Source: Cupriavidus sp. (GTDB lineage Bacteria; Pseudomonadota; Gammaproteobacteria; Burkholderiales; Burkholderiaceae). Taken from it: 32,648 nucleotides of DNA. The notes below the pieces were generated by a model, which saw only the letters and a list, made by a program, of their open reading frames with translations, was not told the origin of the DNA and ran no database searches. Shown here piece by piece: positions 25,743-32,648 of this stretch. The stretch spans positions 1 to 32,648 of the forward strand of contig JABFVP010000059.1 of NCBI GenBank assembly GCA_013362725.1, given 5' to 3'. Positions within the stretch are counted from its first letter, which is position 1; the number at the start of each line of letters is the position of its first letter. A program made the translations under genes and the position numbers.

Positions 25743-25785
25743 TGCCCCGGGTGGCGCATCGGGCGCCGGCGGCAAGGGCGCGCGC

Positions 25786-26637
25786 TCAGCCCGCGGCGCG
25801 CTCGGCCGCTTCCAGCGTATTGATCAACAGCATGGTGATGGTCATCGGCCCCACGCCGCCCGGCACCGGCGTGATGTAGCCGGCGACTTCGCGCACGCCG
25901 GCGAAGTCGACATCCCCGCACAGCTTGCCCTGGTCATCGCGGTTCATGCCGACATCGATCACCACCGCGCCGGGCTTGACCATGTCAGCGGTGATCAGGT
26001 TGCGCTTGCCGACCGCGGCCACCACCACGTCGGCGTCGCGGGTGTGGGCGCCGATATCGCGGGTCTTGCTGTTGCAGATGGTGACGGTGGCGCCGGCCTG
26101 CAGCAGCAGCATCGCCATCGGCTTGCCGACGATATTGGAGGCGCCCACCACCACGGCGCGCGCGCCGCGCAGCGGGTACTGGATCGATTCCAGCATCTTC
26201 ATGCAGCCGTAGGGCGTGCACGGGCGGAACAGCGGCGCGCCGGTCATCAGCGCGCCGGCATTGGCCACGTGGAAGCCGTCGACGTCCTTTTCCGGCGCGA
26301 TCGCCTCGAGCACCTTGTGGCTGTCGTTGTGCTTGGGCAGCGGCAGCTGCACCAGGATGCCGTGGATGCGCGGATCGCGGTTAAGTTGGTCGATGCGGGC
26401 AAGCAGGTCGGCCTCGGACAGGTCGGCCGGATAGCGGTCCAGCGACGAATGGAAGCTGTTGTCCTCGCAGGCCTTGACCTTGTTGCGCACGTAGACCTGG
26501 CTGGCCGGGTCTTCGCCTACCAGGACCACGGCCAGGCCGGGCTGGTGGCCGCGTTCGGTCAGGCGGGCGGCGCGCTGGGCGGCTTCGGAGCGGATTTGCT
26601 TGGCAAGGGCGTTGCCGTCGATCAGTTGGGCAGGCAT
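25786..26637 (-). CDS. folD: Bifunctional methylenetetrahydrofolate dehydrogenase/cyclohydrolase
   Basis: [48 protein letters not shown]; TATAAT on the minus strand at 26703-26708. Confidence 0.98.
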   Translation of the reverse strand: MPAQLIDGNALAKQIRSEAAQRAARLTERGHQPGLAVVLVGEDPASQVYVRNKVKACEDNSFHSSLDRYPADLSEADLLARIDQLNRDPRIHGILVQLPLPKHNDSHKVLEAIAPEKDVDGFHVANAGALMTGAPLFRPCTPYGCMKMLESIQYPLRGARAVVVGASNIVGKPMAMLLLQAGATVTICNSKTRDIGAHTRDADVVVAAVGKRNLITADMVKPGAVVIDVGMNRDDQGKLCGDVDFAGVREVAGYITPVPGGVGPMTITMLLINTLEAAERAAG

Positions 26638-26787
26638 GGAGGCAGGGCGGGGATGGTGGCGAGAAGGTGGCGGCGCCCGCGCGCGGCGGGGCCAAAGGCG
26701 GAATTATAAAGGTTGCGCGCGGCCTGTCGCGCTGAGCTTGACCGCCGGCAGCGGTCACCCCGCGCCGGCACTGGTAGCATCGACCGC

Positions 26788-27468
26788 ATGCCTACCGCGC
26801 TTGCCTCGACACTGTCCGATCCGCTGCTGGTACTGCTGTCCGCGTGCGGACTGCTATGGGCGCTGACGCGCCGCCCCTGGCGGCTGCTGCGCCGCGATGC
26901 GCTGCAGCATGCCTGGCTGGGCGCGATGCTGCTGGTGGCGCTGCTGTGGACGGTGCGCGCGACGCTGGCCGGCGGCATGGTGATCCAGCTGCTCGGCGCC
27001 ACGCTGATGGTGACGCTGTTCGGGCTGCCGCTGGCGCTGGTGTCGCTGTTCGCTGCGGACGTGGTCTCGCTGCTGGGGCTGGAGTACCTGGCCGGGCACG
27101 GCTGGAGCCAGTTCGACTGGGCCGCGCTGTGGGTGCGCTATGTCTGGCTGGCGCTGCTGCCGGCGCTGCTTTCGGCGGGCCTGCAGGCGGCGATGCGGCG
27201 CCTGCTGCCGCGCCATCCGTTCGTGTTCATCCTGGGGCACGGATATTTCACCGCCGGACTGGCCGCGCTGGGGGCGGGGGCGGCACAGGCCGCCTGGCGC
27301 TGCCTGACCATGCCGGGACAGCCGCTGAGCCTTGCCGACACCTTGCTCGGTGCCGTCATCCTTGCCTTCGGCGAGGCCTTCCTCACCGGCATGCTGGTCG
27401 CGGTATTTGTGGTCTATCGGCCCCAGTGGGTGGTGACCTTCCGCGACGAGGATTATCTCGTCCGCTGA
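26788..27468 (+). CDS. CbiM-like / ECF-type membrane protein (COG3235-like)
   Basis: Very hydrophobic, ~6 TM segments; LLGATL..TLFG..LA, LP.HPFVFILG.GYF, FGEAFLTGM.....VVYRPQWV.TF.DE.YL; start probably ATG 26788. Confidence 0.75.
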   Translation: MPTALASTLSDPLLVLLSACGLLWALTRRPWRLLRRDALQHAWLGAMLLVALLWTVRATLAGGMVIQLLGATLMVTLFGLPLALVSLFAADVVSLLGLEYLAGHGWSQFDWAALWVRYVWLALLPALLSAGLQAAMRRLLPRHPFVFILGHGYFTAGLAALGAGAAQAAWRCLTMPGQPLSLADTLLGAVILAFGEAFLTGMLVAVFVVYRPQWVVTFRDEDYLVR

Positions 27469-27567
27469 TCGATGTGCGGCGGGAGGTGCGGGCGAGTGTG
27501 GGGAAGCGGCGCAACCGGGCGCAGGTGCGGCGCGGGCCGCACCAGGCAAGGGGCGGGCGCCGGCCGC

Positions 27568-28200
27568 TCAGCTGTTGCGCGACAGCGCCAGGCGCAGCAG
27601 GTCGGCGACGGTATTGACGTTGAGCTTTTCCATGATGTTGGCGCGGTGCGCCTCCACGGTCTTGATGGAAATGCCCAGGTCGTCGGCGATCTGCTTGTTC
27701 AGGCGGCCGGCAACGATGCGCTCCAGCACCTGCTGCTCGCGCGTGGTCAGCTTGCCCAGCAGGTCCTTGGCGGCGCGCTGCTCGCGCGCGGTGGAGTGGT
27801 CGGTGCGGGCCTTCTGCAGCATGCGCTCGACCAGCGCGCGCAGCTCGGACTCGTCGAAGGGCTTCTCGATAAAGTCGATCGCGCCGCGCTTCATCGTCGA
27901 TACCGCCATCGGCACGTCGCCGTGGCCGGTGATGAAGACGATCGGGATGTCGATCTGCTCGGCCAGCATGCGCTCCTGCAGCTCGGGCCCGCTCATGCCG
28001 GGCATGCGCACGTCCAGGATCAGGCAGGACACCTGGCTGGCGTCGTAGGCGGCGAGGAACTGCTCGGCGCTGGTGAAGCTGCGCACCTGATAGCCATTGC
28101 CCTCCAGCAGCCAGGTCAGCGAGTCGCGCATGGCTTCATCGTCGTCGACGATGAACACGGTCTCGCCGCGGTGGGGCGTGGGGTTTGGCGTTGCGGTCAT
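27568..28200 (-). CDS. fixJ: FixJ-family response regulator (REC + LuxR HTH)
   Basis: VFIVDDD, LILDVRMPGMSG, FITGHGDVPMAV, DFIEKPF, LTTREQQVL...LNKQIADDLGISIKTVEAHRANIMEKL; ATG 28200 with GGAG SD. Symbol reflects family and synteny only. Confidence 0.9.
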   Translation of the reverse strand: MTATPNPTPHRGETVFIVDDDEAMRDSLTWLLEGNGYQVRSFTSAEQFLAAYDASQVSCLILDVRMPGMSGPELQERMLAEQIDIPIVFITGHGDVPMAVSTMKRGAIDFIEKPFDESELRALVERMLQKARTDHSTAREQRAAKDLLGKLTTREQQVLERIVAGRLNKQIADDLGISIKTVEAHRANIMEKLNVNTVADLLRLALSRNS

Positions 28201-28357
28201 GTAGTCTCCTCGGGACAACAATTCATTGCTGCGAAGTGTAACCGGCAGCGGCCGTCTGTGGCGAGACAGCCCCCCCACGTCGGAGGGGAAGCGGCGCGGC
28301 CGGCGGGGCAGTCGATGACGCGCAAGGGTGCGCGTGACCCGCGCGCGCGGGCTCGGC

Positions 28358-30970
28358 TTATTCGGCCACGGCCTCGGCCGGCGCCGCCTGCAGCGGCAGC
28401 ATGATCTTGAATGTACAGCCAATGCCGTCGACATTGTTCTCGACCCACAGCCGGCCCTGGTGCGACTCGATGATCGAGCGGCAGATGTTCAGCCCCATGC
28501 CCATGCCGTCGGACTTGGTGCTGAAGAAGGGCTCGAACAGCCGCTCCTTGGTGGCCTCGTCGACGCCCGGGCCCTGGTCGATCACGTCGATATGGACGTT
28601 GTCGCCGATCTCGCCGGATTCGACCCGCGCGTGCAGCCGCACCACGCCGCCGGCGCGCAGCGCCGGCAGCCCGGCCATGGCCTCGACCGCGTTCTTGAGC
28701 AGGTTCACCAGCACCTGTTCGATCAGCACCGGATCGACATAGACCGTCAGCGGCGGCGCCGGCAGCCGGGTCAGGATGGTGACGCGGCGGCGCGTGGCCT
28801 CCAGGTCGGCCAGGCCCACCGCGTCGGCGACGATGTCGTGCAGCGCGGCCTCGCGCCGCTGCGGCTGGCTGCGCTTCACGAAGCCGCGGATGCGGCTGAT
28901 GATGGTGCCGGCGCGCACCGCCTGCGCCGAGGTTTTCTCCAGCACCGGGATCAGGTCCTCGGGCGTGCTGCGCCCCGAATGCAGCCTCGCCACCGCGCCC
29001 ATGCAGTAGTTGTTGATCGCCGCCAGGGGCTGGTTCAGCTCGTGCGCCAGCGACGATGCCATCTCGCCCATGGTGGTCAGGCGGCTGGTGAACTGCAGGC
29101 GCTCTTCATGCTGGCGCGCCATCTCCTCGGCGGCCTTGCGCACCGTGATGTCGGTGGCGATCTGCATCTGCGCCAGGTGGCCGTCGACCCACTGGATATA
29201 GCGGCGGCGCACTTCGAACCATTTCTGCATGTCGGGCACGAACACCTCGCGCGCATCCGACGCGTACGGCATCAGCTCCGAGGCCGGCAGGCCGGCATAG
29301 GCATCGACATAGTCGGTGTTGTCGCTGGAAACCTGGTCCTTGTCGAGCTCGTCGCCGGCCAGCTTGACGTGGCCCTCGGCCTCCCAGCCGAACAGCTGGC
29401 GGTAGTAGCGGTTGGCGAACAGCAGCTCGGCCTTGTCGGTGGCCAGCACCGACACCGCGGCGTCCAGGCTTTCCAGCACGGTGGTGAAGCGGTCGTGCGC
29501 GGCGGCCAGCTCCTCGCGCGCGCGCTTGGGCTCGGTGATGTCCGTCATCGAGCTCATCCAGCCGGTATGGCGGCCGCGGCTGTCGACCAGCGGCGACACA
29601 TACATGCGGGCATAGAAGCTGCTGCCGTCGCGGCGCATCACGCGCATCTCGTAGCCGCCGGCGGGCGACTTGCCCTGCAGCGTCAGGTCGATCTGCTTCT
29701 GCATCTCCTGCTGGTCGTTGGGCGGCCAGTAGGGGAAGGGCGGCAGGCGCCCGACCAGGTCGTTCTCCTGCCAGCCGGTCATGCGGCAGAACGCCGGGTT
29801 GACGTAGGTGATGCGGCCGTTCAGGTCGAGCGCGCGCAGGCCGATCAGCATCGAGTTTTCCATCGCGCGCCGGAACGAGGTCTCGGCCAGCAGCGCGCGC
29901 TGCGCCTCGGAGCGGCGGCTGGTGTGCCGCCACATGCTCCACAGGCTCCACAGCAGGAAGCAGGACAGCCCCACCACCAGCCACAGCAGCATGTTGTTGG
30001 GCAGGTTCGACGCCGGCGGGTAGGCATCGGCGCGCAGCGACAGCGAATGGCCCGGCGGGTCCAGCAGCACCTCGTACGACAGCGCGTTGCCCGGCACCGG
30101 CCGCAGCGAGGTGCTGGCGCGGGTCTGGTTGTTCTTGTCGATCAGCGAGAAGCGGTAGCGCTCGGTCAGCTCGGGCGGCAGCAGGTGGGTCAGGATGCCG
30201 TTGATCGAATACAGCGCGCCCAGCGTGCCGAGGAACTCGTTGTCGCGCACGATCGGCACTTCCATCAGCATGAAACTGTCGCCGCGCTCGTTGACCAGCG
30301 GGCGCGAGTAGACCACGCGCTGGGTCTCGCGCGCGGCGTCGAAGGTGTCGAGCACTTCGGGCTCGAGCGGCTGGTCCTGGTTCTCGCGCAGGCGGCTGGC
30401 GAATTCGGAGGTCGACGGCAGCGACCAGCGCCCGCGCTTGGTGGCGTCGAGCCAGTTGATGAAGACGATCTCGGGATTCTCGCGCAGGATTTCCTGCGCC
30501 GCGGTGCGGTAGGCGCCTTGCTCCAGCTGCGCCGCGGCGATGTCGCGCGCGAGCGAGGCCAGCTGGTCCTGGTTGCTCAGCAGCGACAGGCGCACACGCT
30601 GCTGCGCCCAGGCCGCGTCGCGGTACAGCGCATCGCGCTGCTGCTGGCGTTCGGTCTCGTGCAGCGACCACAGGATCACGCCCATCGCCGCGGTGAAGAG
30701 CACAATGGCAACCAGCGGGATGAACATGAACCAGCTGGTGGCGACCAGGTTGCGCCAGCGCAGCCACCACAGGCCGCGCGGCGGCGCCACCGGAACGCCG
30801 TCGTCCGGTCCCAGCGCTTCGATAGGCCCCAGGCCGGCCGCCGGAGAAGGCGCATGCGGGACGTGCGCGGACTCGCCTCTGGCGGCCTTGGCTGTACCCG
30901 ACGCATCGGAAGGAAGCATGGCGGCACGCAGGCTGCGGAAAAGATGGTCGAGGCGGTTGAAAAACGGCAT
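28358..30970 (-). CDS. fixL: PAS-domain membrane sensor histidine kinase (Burkholderiaceae FixL-like)
   Basis: Two TM segments around a periplasmic Cache-like region; PAS (YVNPAFCRMTGW); H-box GEMASSLAHELNQPL; N, G1, F and G2 boxes. Start uncertain; symbol by family and aceE synteny. Confidence 0.88.
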   Translation of the reverse strand: MPFFNRLDHLFRSLRAAMLPSDASGTAKAARGESAHVPHAPSPAAGLGPIEALGPDDGVPVAPPRGLWWLRWRNLVATSWFMFIPLVAIVLFTAAMGVILWSLHETERQQQRDALYRDAAWAQQRVRLSLLSNQDQLASLARDIAAAQLEQGAYRTAAQEILRENPEIVFINWLDATKRGRWSLPSTSEFASRLRENQDQPLEPEVLDTFDAARETQRVVYSRPLVNERGDSFMLMEVPIVRDNEFLGTLGALYSINGILTHLLPPELTERYRFSLIDKNNQTRASTSLRPVPGNALSYEVLLDPPGHSLSLRADAYPPASNLPNNMLLWLVVGLSCFLLWSLWSMWRHTSRRSEAQRALLAETSFRRAMENSMLIGLRALDLNGRITYVNPAFCRMTGWQENDLVGRLPPFPYWPPNDQQEMQKQIDLTLQGKSPAGGYEMRVMRRDGSSFYARMYVSPLVDSRGRHTGWMSSMTDITEPKRAREELAAAHDRFTTVLESLDAAVSVLATDKAELLFANRYYRQLFGWEAEGHVKLAGDELDKDQVSSDNTDYVDAYAGLPASELMPYASDAREVFVPDMQKWFEVRRRYIQWVDGHLAQMQIATDITVRKAAEEMARQHEERLQFTSRLTTMGEMASSLAHELNQPLAAINNYCMGAVARLHSGRSTPEDLIPVLEKTSAQAVRAGTIISRIRGFVKRSQPQRREAALHDIVADAVGLADLEATRRRVTILTRLPAPPLTVYVDPVLIEQVLVNLLKNAVEAMAGLPALRAGGVVRLHARVESGEIGDNVHIDVIDQGPGVDEATKERLFEPFFSTKSDGMGMGLNICRSIIESHQGRLWVENNVDGIGCTFKIMLPLQAAPAEAVAE

Positions 30971-31171
30971 GGGAGGGATTGACGGCTGACCGACCAGTGT
31001 ACCGAGATTATTGCGGTGCGTCGCTTGGGGAAAGCGCCAATGAAATCCGGGCGCCGCGTGCCGGCTCCGGCAGGTTGAAGGCAGGCGGCAGCCAGGTTGG
31101 GCAGTGATTCTTGGTGCGCTGCGGCATAATTCCACATTATAAAAAACGATATCGCAATTTGAAAATTTCCC

Positions 31172-31200
31172 TTGTGCTCGACATTGGGCTTCCATAGAAT
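31172..31200 (+). promoter_or_regulatory. Putative sigma70 promoter of aceE
   Basis: TTGTGC-N17-TAGAAT directly downstream of an AT-rich tract. Confidence 0.55.
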
Positions 31201-31395
31201 CGGTCCGACCCAAGAATGCGGGCGGTAGCCATGCGCCTGCCGCGCGGAGAAACCGGAACAGGTTTCCCGGCGGCGGCCCCGATGCAAGGCGGCAATGGCG
31301 CCGATGCTCCGCAAGTCGGTGCGAGTCATACGTTGAGTCGTGTCCGGCGCTGCCAGCGCGGACGCGGAAGCCAAGAATTCACCCAGGAGACAGTC

Positions 31396-32648
31396 ATGTC
31401 CGCCGTACCAGAGCAGATCCTCGGCGCCTCGAGCGCCAACGACGCCGATCCCCAGGAAACCCATGAATGGCTCGACGCCCTGCAGGGCGTGCTGGCCGCG
31501 GAAGGCCCGGCGCGTGCCGCCTTCCTGATCGACAAGCAGATCGAATACGCCCGCGTGAACGGCGTGACCCAGCCGTTCCACGCCGAGACCCAGTACATCA
31601 ACACCATCCCGGTCGAGCAGCAGGCCCGCATCCCCGGCGACCAGGACATCGAGCACCGGATCCGCTCGTACACCCGCTGGAACGCCATGGCGATGGTGCT
31701 GCGCGCCAACAAGCACACCAATGTCGGCGGCCATATCTCGTCGTTTGCCTCGGCGGCCACGCTGTACGACGTCGGCTACAACCACTTCTGGCGCGCCCCG
31801 TCGGAGCAGAGCGGCGGCGACCTGGTCTTCGTGCAGGGCCACTCGGCGCCGGGCGTGTACTCGCGCGCCTTCCTGCTGGGCCGCCTGACGCCCGACCAGC
31901 TCGATAACTTCCGCCAGGAAGTCGACGGCAAGGGCATCTCGTCGTACCCGCACCCGTGGCTGATGCCGGACTTCTGGCAGTTCCCGACGGTGTCGATGGG
32001 CCTGGGCCCGATCATGGCCATCTACCAGGCCCGCTTCATGAAGTACCTGGACAGCCGCGGCCTGGCCAAGGCCGGCGACCGCAAGGTCTGGGCCTTCCTG
32101 GGCGACGGCGAGACCGACGAGCCGGAATCCCTGGGCGCGATCGGCATGGCCGGCCGCGAGAAGCTCGACAACCTGGTGTTCGTCATCAACTGCAACCTGC
32201 AGCGCCTGGACGGCCCGGTGCGCGGCAACGGCAAGATCATCCAGGAACTGGAGTCCGAGTTCCGCGGTGCCGGCTGGAACGTGATCAAGGTGGTGTGGGG
32301 CAGCAAGTGGGACGCACTGCTGGCGCGCGACACCAAGGGCCTGCTGATGAAGCGCATGATGGAATGCGTAGACGGCGAGTACCAGACCATGAAGGCCAAG
32401 GACGGCGCCTACGTGCGCGAGCACTTCTTCAACACGCCTGAGCTGAAGGCGATGGTCGCCGACTGGTCCGACGAGGACATCTGGCGCCTGAACCGCGGCG
32501 GCCACGACCCGCACAAGATCTACGCCGCCTACAAGGCCGCCAGCGAGCACAAGGGCCAGCCCACGCTGATCCTGGCCAAGACCATCAAGGGCTATGGCAT
32601 GGGCGATGCCGGCCAGGCCATGAACGTCGCGCACCAGCAGAAGAAGAT
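31396..32648 (+). CDS. aceE: Pyruvate dehydrogenase E1 component, homodimeric type (partial, truncated by window end)
   Basis: Not in the ORF track because there is no stop. SD AGGAG; MSAVPEQ...DADPQET.EWLDAL...[11 protein letters not shown]...[14 protein letters not shown]...QGHSAPG.Y...[10 protein letters not shown]...[22 protein letters not shown]. Confidence 0.98.
   Translation, partial: MSAVPEQILGASSANDADPQETHEWLDALQGVLAAEGPARAAFLIDKQIEYARVNGVTQPFHAETQYINTIPVEQQARIPGDQDIEHRIRSYTRWNAMAMVLRANKHTNVGGHISSFASAATLYDVGYNHFWRAPSEQSGGDLVFVQGHSAPGVYSRAFLLGRLTPDQLDNFRQEVDGKGISSYPHPWLMPDFWQFPTVSMGLGPIMAIYQARFMKYLDSRGLAKAGDRKVWAFLGDGETDEPESLGAIGMAGREKLDNLVFVINCNLQRLDGPVRGNGKIIQELESEFRGAGWNVIKVVWGSKWDALLARDTKGLLMKRMMECVDGEYQTMKAKDGAYVREHFFNTPELKAMVADWSDEDIWRLNRGGHDPHKIYAAYKAASEHKGQPTLILAKTIKGYGMGDAGQAMNVAHQQKK

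Noticed and set aside
26738-26743. TTGACC as the -35 for the CbiM-like gene
   Set aside because: 31 nt from the TAGCAT -10, too far for a sigma70 promoter

Overview
High-GC betaproteobacterial chromosomal segment. Gene order and protein sequences point to Cupriavidus/Ralstonia (Burkholderiaceae); this is an inference. Left: the conserved pheS-pheT-ihfA-merR-tRNA-Pro(GGG) block. Next is a ~2.4 kb patch of six small hypothetical genes: a 46-aa membrane peptide missed by the ORF track, a DUF2188-like protein, an 86-aa gene with a near-consensus LexA/SOS box over its promoter, a membrane-anchored protein, a zinc-ribbon protein and an orphan HI1420-type antitoxin-like protein. Middle: large NAD-glutamate dehydrogenase, atypical MarR, acetyl-CoA hydrolase/CoA-transferase, a secreted (K)FDP[YN]TDGA-repeat protein, a Bug/TctC binding protein, and a LysR plus 8-oxoguanine-deaminase-like pair bracketed by two identical tRNA-Lys(CUU) transcription units. 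Right: DUF1488-like gene, SulP with a C-terminal Cys motif, HpaR-like MarR, xth, prlC (sigma32-type promoter), folD, a lone CbiM-like membrane protein, a FixL/FixJ-like two-component pair, and the 5' part of aceE (pdhA), which runs off the window. No integrase, transposase, CRISPR array or rRNA was seen. The best candidates for something undescribed are the SOS-boxed small gene and its neighbours, the tRNA-Lys-bracketed islet, and the repeat-containing secreted protein. All family calls are by eye; no searches were run.
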